NCBI GenBank assembly: GCA_026396065.1
Contig: JAPLXO010000006.1
Coordinates: forward strand, 1,525 to 65,524
Direction of reading: 5' to 3'
Source: Candidatus Nomurabacteria bacterium
GTDB taxonomy: Bacteria; Patescibacteriota; Minisyncoccia; Phycocordibacterales; UBA9973
Length of the DNA stretch: 64,000 bases
A program made the position numbers and the translations under genes. Below, piece by piece: positions 31,650-41,148 of this stretch. The notes beneath the pieces were generated by a model, which searched no databases, had not been told where the DNA came from, and saw only the letters and a list, made by a program, of their open reading frames with translations. Within the stretch, counting starts at the first letter, position 1. Each line of letters starts with the position of its first letter.

Positions 31650-31660
31650 AAGTAAAATTA

Positions 31661-31687
31661 AAAAAACCTCCTTAAGGAGGTTTTTTT
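31661..31687. terminator. bidirectional terminator
   Basis: AAAAAACCTCCTTAAGGAGGTTTTTTT palindrome between rpsA and pth. Confidence 0.7.
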
Positions 31688-32270
31688 AATTATTATACAA
31701 ACTCATAGCTTTATCTTTCCCTTCTGTAAAAATCATTTGAATTGCTTCAGATATTTTTTTACTTTCTTTTTTAAGTATTACTAATTCTTCTTTTTTAAAT
31801 TCACCAAGCAAAAAATTTAATATTGCTTTCTCCCCTTTTGGTTTTTTTAATTTTCCTGTCGGAGTAATAGGACAAATACCAATTCTAATTCTCACAAATT
31901 CTTTAGATTTTAATTTTTTTATAACAGATTCTAGACCATTATGCCCACCAGAACTTCTGTTAAAAGAAAGTTTCACACTTCCAATAGGCAAATCGATATC
32001 ATCATATATGACTACAATATCTTCTAATTTCAATTTGTGTTTCTCTTTTACGTACAAAACTGCGACACCTGAATTATTCATAAATGTCATAGGTTTTATG
32101 TATTCAATAGGCTTATTACCAATCGAGTCTTTACAGAAAAGTAATTTTGTTCCTGAAGAATCTTTCCATTCAACTTTACCTAAAATAAAATCTAAAATAA
32201 TCTGCCCGGCATTATGTCGAGTCTTTTCATATTCACTTCCTGGGTTTCCAAGGCCTACGGCTAATTTCAT
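31686..32270 (-). CDS. pth: peptidyl-tRNA hydrolase
   Basis: MKLAVGLGNPGSEYEKTRHNAG N-terminal signature. Confidence 0.85.
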   Translation of the reverse strand: MKLAVGLGNPGSEYEKTRHNAGQIILDFILGKVEWKDSSGTKLLFCKDSIGNKPIEYIKPMTFMNNSGVAVLYVKEKHKLKLEDIVVIYDDIDLPIGSVKLSFNRSSGGHNGLESVIKKLKSKEFVRIRIGICPITPTGKLKKPKGEKAILNFLLGEFKKEELVILKKESKKISEAIQMIFTEGKDKAMSLYNN

Positions 32271-32375
32271 ATATCAAATAATAACATATTAATAAAAATT
32301 GCCCACTATTAATAAAATACATCCAACAACAGTAAACTCTATTGTGTCAAGGACAATGTATGTTAAAATACACAA

Positions 32376-32981
32376 ATGGAAAAAGAAACAAGTGAGGATG
32401 TTATTGTAAATAAGGACCTAGAAAAAAAACTATTATGGAAGCAATCATTCTGGGAACTCGTAAAATTTGCCATAATCGCAATTATAATAGTAATACCTAT
32501 CCGTGTATTTATAGCTCAACCATTTATAGTATCAGGATCTTCTATGATTCCTACTTTTCAAGATCGACAATATTTAATAATAGACGAAATCTCATACAGA
32601 TTTTCAGATCCAAAAAGAGGAGATGTGATTGTTTTCCATTATCCAAATGATCCATCAAAATTCTTTATAAAAAGAATAATAGGTTTACCAAATGAAAAAA
32701 TAGAACTAACAAAAGGAGAAGTCACTATTATAAACAATGATCGCCCAGAAGGTTTTAAATTAGATCAATCTTTTATAGAAAACCATTCTTACGAGACAGA
32801 TGCACCATATCAATTAAAAGACAAAGAATATTTTGTAATGGGAGACAATAGAAGTGGTAGTTATGATTCTAGAGCATGGGGTGCTGTTCCACAAAAATTA
32901 ATTACCGGACGCGTATTATTAAGACTTTTACCTTTAAATAAAATATCTACTTTCCCTGGAAATTATAAACAACTTAATTAA
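32376..32981 (+). CDS. lepB: signal peptidase I
   Basis: SGSSMIPT (Ser box), GDVIVF, GDNRSGSYDSR boxes. Confidence 0.8.
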   Translation: MEKETSEDVIVNKDLEKKLLWKQSFWELVKFAIIAIIIVIPIRVFIAQPFIVSGSSMIPTFQDRQYLIIDEISYRFSDPKRGDVIVFHYPNDPSKFFIKRIIGLPNEKIELTKGEVTIINNDRPEGFKLDQSFIENHSYETDAPYQLKDKEYFVMGDNRSGSYDSRAWGAVPQKLITGRVLLRLLPLNKISTFPGNYKQLN

Positions 32982-32996
32982 TTTGCAAAATCATAT

Positions 32997-34304
32997 ATGA
33001 CTAAAACAAATGCAGCAGCAATAAAAAAAGCAGGAAAAAATTTATCTTCTCCAAAAGGTATGCGTGATGTTATGAACGAAGAATATTACAGCTTCCAAGG
33101 CTTCTTTGAAAAAGCACAAGAAGTAGCTGTTTATTATGGCTTCAAACCAATCGAAACACCAATGATGGAACACGAAGAAACTTTCACTTCTGGAATTGGA
33201 GAAGGGACGGATATTATAGACAAAGAAATGTATACGCTTAAAACAAAAGGTGGTGACCACCTCGCTCTCCGCCCTGAACACACTGGTTCACTCATGCGTG
33301 CATATATTGAGCAAGGAATGCAGAATATGCCTCAACCTGTAATGTTCTACCAATATGGCCCAGTCTTCAGACACGACAATCCTCAAAAAGGACGTTATAG
33401 ACAATTCAATCAATTTGATCTTGATTCTCTTGGTAGTGAAAAAAGTATAATGGATGCACTAGTCATAAAAGCTGGAATGAGTATTTTAGAAGAAGCTGGT
33501 GCTACAAATCTTTCAATCGACATTAACTCAATCGGAGATAAGGAATGTCGAAATGGATATATAAAAGAATTGGTAAATTACTACAAAAAACATATGGGTG
33601 ATTTGCCTGCTATCGATCGTGAAAGATTAAAAACCAATCCACTTCGTATTCTAGATTCAAAAGATCCAAAGACAAAAGAAATAAATGAAAATGCACCTGA
33701 TGCAGTCTCATTCCTTTGTCCTGCTTGTAAAAAACATTTCAAAGAAGTATTAGAATATTTAGAAGAAATGGGAATTCAATATAATTTAAATAAATGCCTA
33801 GTACGTGGACTTTCATATTACACTCGAACAGTTTTTGAAATTATTGATGAATCAGAAAGTGAGACAAAAGGTATGGCTATTGCTGGAGGTGGTAGATATG
33901 ATTATCTTGGTAAACAATTAGGAAGTAAAAAAGATGTTCCTGCTGTAGGTATTTCTATATCTGCTGATCGTGTACTGCTTATGCCTTGGTATAAAAAATT
34001 AAATCCTCGTATTATCAAAAAACCAAAAGTATATTTCATCCAATTAGGTAGTGATGCGAAATTGAAAAGTCTAAATGTAACAGAAATGCTACGTAAGGCT
34101 CACATCCCTATGGCTCAATCTCTATCAAAAGATACATTAGGTGCACAGCTCGCAATAGCAGAAAAATTACAAATTCCTTATGCTTTAATTTTTGGATTAA
34201 AAGAAGCACTAGATAATTCTGTAATTGTACGCGACATGAGTAATCGATCACAAGAAACAGTAAAACTTTCAAAGCTACTGGAACATCTAAAAGAAATTAA
34301 ATAA
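32997..34304 (+). CDS. hisS: histidine--tRNA ligase
   Basis: Class II motifs including AGGGRYDYL; PKGMRDV start; C-terminal anticodon-binding domain. Confidence 0.9.
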   Translation: MTKTNAAAIKKAGKNLSSPKGMRDVMNEEYYSFQGFFEKAQEVAVYYGFKPIETPMMEHEETFTSGIGEGTDIIDKEMYTLKTKGGDHLALRPEHTGSLMRAYIEQGMQNMPQPVMFYQYGPVFRHDNPQKGRYRQFNQFDLDSLGSEKSIMDALVIKAGMSILEEAGATNLSIDINSIGDKECRNGYIKELVNYYKKHMGDLPAIDRERLKTNPLRILDSKDPKTKEINENAPDAVSFLCPACKKHFKEVLEYLEEMGIQYNLNKCLVRGLSYYTRTVFEIIDESESETKGMAIAGGGRYDYLGKQLGSKKDVPAVGISISADRVLLMPWYKKLNPRIIKKPKVYFIQLGSDAKLKSLNVTEMLRKAHIPMAQSLSKDTLGAQLAIAEKLQIPYALIFGLKEALDNSVIVRDMSNRSQETVKLSKLLEHLKEIK

Positions 34305-34309
34305 AAAAA

Positions 34310-34867
34310 ATGCAAAAAATTCTTCAAAAAGAAGAAAAGGTTTTAAGGCAGGTAGCTAAAGAGGTGCCTATAAAAGATATTAATACTCCTAAAATTAAAA
34401 AGGTGCTTGAAGAAATGATCTCGGCTTTAAAAAGCCAAAATGATGGTGTGGCTATAGCTGCACCACAGATTGGTCACTCATTAAGGATTTTTGTTGTAGC
34501 TGGTAAAATTTTTACTAAAGATTTTATGAAAGAAAGAGAAGATAGAATTTCAGGTAAAAAAGGAATTGGAGAAATTAATACAGAAGAAAAAATTCCTAAA
34601 AATTTAATATTCATCAACCCTAAAATTTCAAAACTTTCTCGTGATAAAAAATGGGTTCCAGAAGGTTGCCTTTCAGTTCGTTGGCTTTATGGTAAAACTC
34701 ATCGATCAAATAAGGCTACAGTAGAAGCTTATGATGAAAATGGAAAGAAGTTTGTGCGTGGTTCCAGTGGACTACTAGCTCAGATTTTCCAACATGAGAC
34801 AGATCATTTAAATGGAATTCTATTTCATGATCATGCAAAAGATTTAAAAGAAGAAGCTCCACAATAA
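34310..34867 (+). CDS. def: peptide deformylase
   Basis: GVAIAAPQIG, EGCLSV, QHETDHLNG motifs. Confidence 0.85.
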   Translation: MQKILQKEEKVLRQVAKEVPIKDINTPKIKKVLEEMISALKSQNDGVAIAAPQIGHSLRIFVVAGKIFTKDFMKEREDRISGKKGIGEINTEEKIPKNLIFINPKISKLSRDKKWVPEGCLSVRWLYGKTHRSNKATVEAYDENGKKFVRGSSGLLAQIFQHETDHLNGILFHDHAKDLKEEAPQ

Positions 34868-35700
34868 TGCAAAATAATAAAGATTTAAAATTTGTTTTTT
34901 TTGGCACACCTAGTGTTGCCAGCGAAACTTTGGAAATATTAAAACAGAGTGGTTTTTTGCCTTCACTCATAATCACCGCTCCGGATAAACCGGCTGGAAG
35001 AAAAATGATTATGACTCCGCCACTGGTAAAAACTTGGGCGATAGAAAATAATATTCCATTTATTCAACCAGAAAAAATAACTAAAGAAGAACTAAAAGGT
35101 CAATTTGATTTATTTATTGTAGTAGCATACGGAAAAATTTTATCTCAAGAAATTTTAGACATGCCAAAGTATGGCTCTATAAATATCCACTATTCTCTAC
35201 TTCCAAAATACCGTGGTGCATCCCCTGTCGAATCAGCTATTTTAAATGGGGATAAAGAGACAGGTATTGCTATTCAAAAAATGGTTTACAAAATGGATGC
35301 CGGGCCAATAATCGCTATGGAAAAAGTAGCTATAGATCCAGATGAACATACTAAAGAATTACGTAAAAAATTAATTAAAATAGGTGGTGAGCTTTTAGTT
35401 AAAACTTTAAATACAAATCCAACCCCTTATCAGGGACTTCAAATTCAAGATGAAACACAAGCTACAAACTGTAAGAAAATAAAAAAAGAAGATGGTCTTT
35501 TAAACGAAGCTGATTCTGAAGAACAAAAGTACAATAAATTTCGTGCATATTCCCTATGGCCTAGAACTTTCTTTTTTAAAAATGGAAAAAGAATAATTGT
35601 AACCGATGCTAAACTAGAAGATAGTAAATTTGTAATCAAAAAAGTACTACCTGAAGGTAAAAAAGAGATTACTTACATAGATTTTCTAAAAAATAATTAA
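34867..35700 (+). CDS. fmt: methionyl-tRNA formyltransferase
   Basis: INIHYSLLPKYRGASPV formyltransferase motif; 1-nt overlap with the def stop. Confidence 0.85.
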   Translation: MQNNKDLKFVFFGTPSVASETLEILKQSGFLPSLIITAPDKPAGRKMIMTPPLVKTWAIENNIPFIQPEKITKEELKGQFDLFIVVAYGKILSQEILDMPKYGSINIHYSLLPKYRGASPVESAILNGDKETGIAIQKMVYKMDAGPIIAMEKVAIDPDEHTKELRKKLIKIGGELLVKTLNTNPTPYQGLQIQDETQATNCKKIKKEDGLLNEADSEEQKYNKFRAYSLWPRTFFFKNGKRIIVTDAKLEDSKFVIKKVLPEGKKEITYIDFLKNN

Positions 35701-36080
35701 TATTTCGAAGTAAAAGGATTTCTTTTTGATAATCCTTTTAACATTTTTTTTACACTCGAAGCTCCTCGTTTAAATAAAGTCTGATTTCTGTCTTTTGTAG
35801 AAGTTAATGCACGGACAATTTCTTCTTTTGCTTCATCAATTGCTTTATACAAATCATCAGTCTCAGACACAGAAAAAGCTTTTGTATCTCCGGAGTCAAT
35901 TATTATTTCTGCTTTGTATACATCTCCATTTTTATGATGATTAGTTGTTTTACCAATTTCAACCTGAACAACAGCGTCTTTATTTTTTAAAAACTTTTCA
36001 ATACTAGAAAGTCTCTTATTTACATATTCTTGTAAAGAATCTACTAATTCAATATTTTTTGTTTTTATATTTATATTCAT
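35697..36080 (-). CDS. hpf: ribosome hibernation promoting factor (RaiA/HPF family)
   Basis: 127 aa; beta-alpha-beta-beta-beta-alpha pattern with VVQVEI...YKAEIII typical of YfiA/HPF. Confidence 0.7.
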   Translation of the reverse strand: MNINIKTKNIELVDSLQEYVNKRLSSIEKFLKNKDAVVQVEIGKTTNHHKNGDVYKAEIIIDSGDTKAFSVSETDDLYKAIDEAKEEIVRALTSTKDRNQTLFKRGASSVKKMLKGLSKRNPFTSKY

Positions 36081-36181
36081 AACTTAATTATAACACTAAA
36101 ATTAAGAAAAATAAAAAGAAATTTTATCCACTTTTTATAATAAAAACAATAAAACCCCGCCTGTATACACAGCGCGAGGTT

Positions 36182-37150
36182 TTATAAATGTTTAATAAAG
36201 TCTTTAATCCAGACTATTCTGGTAAGACTTTCTATGGTTCTGAATTTTACTATGTCGCCAAAACGACAAATTTCGTCTGTAAGTAGCTCTAAATCTGCAA
36301 TTTTTGCTACTGTTTTCAAATTTATACTCCCTCTTGCGTCAGCAATAACTCTGGAAGTTTTATTTAAAAAATCTATTTTTTCCAAATCATTACTATTATT
36401 ACTTCCATTTAAGGAAATAAGCCCTTCCATAACAAGTTTTTTTAAGTCAGGAATACTTTTTAAGTAATTCACACCTCTTAAATAAGAAGTGCAAATATCT
36501 AAAAGATATTTCTTGAAATTTTCATCGGAAATTTTTTTCTTTTTCTTTTTCCGATAAATAAAAATACAGATAGAAGGAATACTTGGGAATTTTTTCATGT
36601 GATTTTGTTGCCCAAACTCACTAGATTTTATTTGAAGTGGAACATTAATCCCAGCCACAAGGGAAACAAAGAGATCTACTCCTTTTATTGAATCTTGAAT
36701 TTCTGTAACTTCAATAACTCCAGAAATTATTTTTGAAAAATTTTTATCAGTTTTAATGAAATTTAATATCATATTTTTGACTTCAATTTCTACTAAAAGA
36801 GCAGATTTTCTTTGCTCAATTTCTGTTTTCAAAAAAGTTTCTATTGATTTTGGTGTACAATTTTCATTTACCAAAATCATAATTTCAAAATTACGATATA
36901 AAGCAATTTCAAAACGAGCCTCTTTTGGTGTTCTAATGGCTACCTTAAATATCACATCAAGGAACTTTTCCTTCATATACTCCACTTGATAAGCTAGAGA
37001 TTTATCAGTTTTTACTCGTTTTTTAAAACTAAGAATAACTTTTTCGTATCTTAAAGCTTTTAATATTTTATTTGCCTGAGTTTTAGAACCCAGGTCAATT
37101 GCATTGCTTACCTTGTAAGTTTCTGCAGTTTTTTGTATAACTGGGTTCAT
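36182..37150 (-). CDS. hypothetical protein
   Basis: 322 aa; internal poly-Lys run; no recognisable motif. Confidence 0.35.
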   Translation of the reverse strand: MNPVIQKTAETYKVSNAIDLGSKTQANKILKALRYEKVILSFKKRVKTDKSLAYQVEYMKEKFLDVIFKVAIRTPKEARFEIALYRNFEIMILVNENCTPKSIETFLKTEIEQRKSALLVEIEVKNMILNFIKTDKNFSKIISGVIEVTEIQDSIKGVDLFVSLVAGINVPLQIKSSEFGQQNHMKKFPSIPSICIFIYRKKKKKKISDENFKKYLLDICTSYLRGVNYLKSIPDLKKLVMEGLISLNGSNNSNDLEKIDFLNKTSRVIADARGSINLKTVAKIADLELLTDEICRFGDIVKFRTIESLTRIVWIKDFIKHL

Positions 37151-37306
37151 ATTTTCTTTTTTTTGAATTAATTTATATTAAATTTATTAGTTATCCTAAA
37201 GGTCAAAAAACCACTAGAAAAACCAATAAAGTCAATAAAATCAACCTTTTTCAAGAAACGGCCATTTGCCAAACAATAGCATATTTAATTTTAAAAGTCA
37301 AACAAA

Positions 37307-37933
37307 CTAAGTTCTATGGTCTTCTTTCTTCCATTCAATTAGCTTCCCTGCCTTACGCTCCATATTATCTGCCTTGCGAATAAATTTATTATTCTTTTTT
37401 GGAAAAATTAACTCATGTGGAGCGTCGTCTATCATTTGTGCTATATAATGTAAATTTTCTTTAGATGTAATCCATTTTGTTCCAAGTTTTTTGATATTAA
37501 AAGGTTTAGTAGAATAACTACGCAAACATTTTTTACCATTTGTATCATTAAAATATTCATGAAAATATGATAGTGCTAATTCACGAATATTTTTATAAAC
37601 TGGATCACGAAAGCGCAAAGTTGGATGATTTGTTTTACTTATAGCACCCCAGTAACCATTTCTTTTATAAATAGCTATTACATGATCAATATCACCTTCT
37701 GCTTTTAAATCTAATAACAATGGTTTTTCTCCATTTAACCAAAGTGCTACTCCTGCCAAAAGAGCACCTTCCAAGCAGTGTGCTTTTTTATTTAAAAGAA
37801 CTTCCCGTGGTGACATATATGTCTCTCCGTTTTTCTCCCAATTAATAGGTAAAGCATCTAAAAAATCTTGAATCTTTATTGGTGTTGAAAGTTTTTTAAA
37901 AATAGAAAGCTCTTTTTTTGAAAGTCCTAACAT
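37307..37933 (-). CDS. hypothetical protein (possible Cys-His-Asp hydrolase fold)
   Basis: Ordered AHCLEG...DHVIAIY...D suggests a transglutaminase-like triad; weak. Confidence 0.3.
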   Translation of the reverse strand: MLGLSKKELSIFKKLSTPIKIQDFLDALPINWEKNGETYMSPREVLLNKKAHCLEGALLAGVALWLNGEKPLLLDLKAEGDIDHVIAIYKRNGYWGAISKTNHPTLRFRDPVYKNIRELALSYFHEYFNDTNGKKCLRSYSTKPFNIKKLGTKWITSKENLHYIAQMIDDAPHELIFPKKNNKFIRKADNMERKAGKLIEWKKEDHRT

Positions 37934-38178
37934 CTTTTAATTATAACAAAAAAACCACCTGATAGTGATTTTTTTGTTATAATATTTATCTTCTTTTTTT
38001 ACTGGTTGCTTTTTTTGCAAGCATTGTTTTCTTGACAGCAATACGCTTCTTTGTCTTGTGAGAACGTCTTGATTTTGGTCTGATACTTAAGGTTGTATTT
38101 CTTTTTGCCATAAAATAAATTTGATTGATTATTAATAAGTTAAATCTATTATACTCTATATTGATTAATAATTCAATT

Positions 38179-39198
38179 CTATCTTTTTAAGATAAGAATC
38201 TTGTACATCTCTATTATTGAAATACAAAGAGATAATACTATCGGTCCAAAAATAAAACCAAGGGGCCCAAAGAATAATACTCCACCAAGAATTGAAAAAA
38301 GGATAAAGATAGGTGGTGCATCGAGTCCTTTTCCAAAAAAGTAAGCTGAGAGCATATTATCTACAAAAACCATTATTAAAACTCCAAAAATACCAAGACC
38401 AATTGCATAAAACATGCTACCACTAAGTACTAAATAAATAACAGCTGGTACAATTACAAAAGGAGTTCCAAGACCAGGAATTGCTCCTATAATAGCGGCT
38501 ATGCTTCCCCATACCATAAAATCTTGAATTCCAAATAAGTAAAATCCTACAGTAAAAAGAACCCAGCGAATCAATCCTACAAAAAGTGTACCTCTTATTA
38601 CTGAAGTAATAGCCCTATGCATTGAAGTTAAAACTTCTCTATTTTGTTCTTTTTCAAAAGGACTAAGTGCTATTAAAGAAGAAAATATTTTATCTCCATC
38701 TCGTAAAAAGAAAAAGAAGGTAAATAGAATAAAAAATATTTCAAAAAATATATAAACTGCCTGTGATAAAAACAAACCTAAATTACTTGAAATAAAATTG
38801 AGTACCATGGAAGCATAGTAAGAAATATTTAAAGTAAACGTTGGAAAGAAATTACGAATTACAGATTGTGCTGATTCTTGTATCTCTTGCATATGTTGCC
38901 CTTGACCATTTTGGATTAAAGTAAAAAAGTTTTGCATTTGTCCTAAAATTTGTACGCCAAAAAATAGGATTGGTATAATTAGAAAAACAAGAGAAATAAG
39001 AACGATCACAATAGCAAAAAAATTACTACCATTCTTATGGTGGCGCAACATTCTTTTATATAAAGGTCTAAATAATAAAGACAATATAGCAGCTAGGACT
39101 AGAATATTTAGAAATGGTTTAAAAACCAAAAAAGTTAAAATTAAAATTAATGTGCAAAGTACTAAAAATGATACTATTTCCAATCGCTTTTTTTCCAT
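38179..39198 (-). CDS. AI-2E family transporter (PerM/UPF0118)
   Basis: 339 aa; 8 predicted TM helices; the N-terminal pattern matches the family. Confidence 0.5.
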   Translation of the reverse strand: MEKKRLEIVSFLVLCTLILILTFLVFKPFLNILVLAAILSLLFRPLYKRMLRHHKNGSNFFAIVIVLISLVFLIIPILFFGVQILGQMQNFFTLIQNGQGQHMQEIQESAQSVIRNFFPTFTLNISYYASMVLNFISSNLGLFLSQAVYIFFEIFFILFTFFFFLRDGDKIFSSLIALSPFEKEQNREVLTSMHRAITSVIRGTLFVGLIRWVLFTVGFYLFGIQDFMVWGSIAAIIGAIPGLGTPFVIVPAVIYLVLSGSMFYAIGLGIFGVLIMVFVDNMLSAYFFGKGLDAPPIFILFSILGGVLFFGPLGFIFGPIVLSLCISIIEMYKILILKR

Positions 39199-39277
39199 AT
39201 ATTTATTGTACCATAAAATTTACTTTTATTAAAAATGGTATAATAAGATTGTTTAGTTTATAATTAATAAAAATATT

Positions 39278-39886
39278 ATGATACCATTTATTATCGCGCT
39301 TATTATAGGTTTAACAGGAAGCACGGCCTCTATAGCTGAAAAAGCTATACCGGGTGATTTTTTGTATGGGGTAAAAGTCCATATCAATGAACCAGTCGCT
39401 GGAATATTTTCTTTAACAAAAGAAGAGAAAACTGAATGGAAAGAACGTCTTGTAGAGCGCAGGCTCGATGAAGCTCAAAAATTAATTTCAAATAATAATT
39501 TTGATGAAAAAGTAAGAGTAGAACTTGAAAATAAAATAAATAATCAAATTGAAGATTTTAATAAAAGTGTAAGTGAATTAGCTTTACAAAAAAATAAATC
39601 TACAAATTCATCTAATTTGAATATAAGATTCCAAGCTTCTTTAGATGCTTACAATAACATATTTGGAAAATTAAATAATAAAGCAACAACAACAGAAGAA
39701 ACAAAAACAGAAACTACTAAATTGGTAAATAATATTATTATTGAAAATGTAAAGGTTCTTCCACCAGAAGAAACCAAAAAGGTAAATATACTCTCAAATG
39801 TTATAAAACGTGATGTAGAAGATGATATGGGTGAAAAACATTATGAAGATAACGATGAAAAAGATAACGAAGAATTTGACGATTAA
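39278..39886 (+). CDS. hypothetical secreted protein with acidic C-terminus
   Basis: Signal peptide, coiled-coil-like middle, DE-rich tail. Confidence 0.4.
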   Translation: MIPFIIALIIGLTGSTASIAEKAIPGDFLYGVKVHINEPVAGIFSLTKEEKTEWKERLVERRLDEAQKLISNNNFDEKVRVELENKINNQIEDFNKSVSELALQKNKSTNSSNLNIRFQASLDAYNNIFGKLNNKATTTEETKTETTKLVNNIIIENVKVLPPEETKKVNILSNVIKRDVEDDMGEKHYEDNDEKDNEEFDD

Positions 39887-39895
39887 ACATAACTT

Positions 39896-40393
39896 ATGAA
39901 AAAAATAATTTTATCTTCATTACTAATATTTAGTTTTGGCGCATATATATTACATGTGCGTATTTTAAGTTCTAACGCTCCTATCGCACTAACACAAAAA
40001 AATACTAAACCAAAAATAGATTTATCTATTCCTAAATACGATCAAATAGTAACAAATCCAATTGCACAAATTATAAAACCTACTCCTACTCCCCCACCAC
40101 CAGTAATAAATACTGGTAAATATAAAAATGGCACCTACACTGGTGATTCTGTGGACGCATCATATGGAAATGTACAAGTAAAAGTCGTCATATCTGGTGG
40201 AAAAATAGCTGATGTTCAATTTTTAGATCACCCACGAGGTGGAAATTCTACTAGAATAAATAATTATGCTATGCCCTACTTAATCAGCGAAGCTATTGCC
40301 TTACAAGACTCAAACGTCGACACTGTTTCTGGTGCATCATATACGAGTGAGGCATATCGCCAATCTTTGACTTCGGCACTAGCACAAGCTTAA
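39896..40393 (+). CDS. secreted FMN-binding domain protein (flavinylation target-like)
   Basis: Signal peptide, Pro-rich linker, FMN_bind-like core ending DTVSGASYTSEAY ([S/T]GA[S/T] flavinylation motif). Confidence 0.6.
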   Translation: MKKIILSSLLIFSFGAYILHVRILSSNAPIALTQKNTKPKIDLSIPKYDQIVTNPIAQIIKPTPTPPPPVINTGKYKNGTYTGDSVDASYGNVQVKVVISGGKIADVQFLDHPRGGNSTRINNYAMPYLISEAIALQDSNVDTVSGASYTSEAYRQSLTSALAQA

Positions 40394-40397
40394 AAAA

Positions 40398-41147
40398 ATG
40401 AGACAAGAACAAATTATAATGGGGACACCAGTTATTATTGAAATTAATGACAAAGAAGCAAGGCAAGAATTTTTTGATGAAGTTTTTGATTATTTTAAAT
40501 ATGTCGATGAAAAATTTAGCACTTATAAAGATACTAGTGAAATTACAGCAATAAATAAAAAAGAAATAGCAAAAGACACGATGAGCGATGACATGAAAAA
40601 AGTTTTTGAACTTTCAGAACAAACAAAAAAATTAACAGGTGGATATTTTGATATAGTGACGCCGGACGGATCTTATGATCCGTCCGGCCTAGTAAAAGGT
40701 TGGTCTATTTTTAATGCTAGTGAAATATTAAAAAACCACGGTGTGAAAAATTTTACAGTCGAAGCAGGTGGTGATATTCAGACTTCTGGAAAAAATGAAA
40801 ATGGTAATGTGTGGTGTATAGGCATTCAAAATCCTTTCAGTCAAAAGAAAGAAATTATAAAAAAAATATACGTCAGTGATGAAGGTATTGCTACTTCTGG
40901 AAATTATGTTCGAGGTAATCATATTTATAATCCAAAAGATAAAAATGATATAATAGAAGATATATCTAGCCTGACAGTAATTGGACCAAATATTTTTGAA
41001 GCAGATAGATTTGCTACATCGGCATATGCAATGGGAAAAGAAGGAATTTACTTTATAGAAAAGCTCGATGGTTTTGAAGCTTATATGATAGATAAAAATG
41101 GTATAGCGACAATGACGACAAATTTTAATAATTACACAAAACAATAA
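40398..41147 (+). CDS. apbE: FAD:protein FMN transferase (ApbE family)
   Basis: IMGTPV...FSTYKDTSEITAIN N-terminal signature and the GDIQ/ATSGNY region typical of ApbE. Confidence 0.7.
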   Translation: MRQEQIIMGTPVIIEINDKEARQEFFDEVFDYFKYVDEKFSTYKDTSEITAINKKEIAKDTMSDDMKKVFELSEQTKKLTGGYFDIVTPDGSYDPSGLVKGWSIFNASEILKNHGVKNFTVEAGGDIQTSGKNENGNVWCIGIQNPFSQKKEIIKKIYVSDEGIATSGNYVRGNHIYNPKDKNDIIEDISSLTVIGPNIFEADRFATSAYAMGKEGIYFIEKLDGFEAYMIDKNGIATMTTNFNNYTKQ

Positions 41148-41148
41148 T

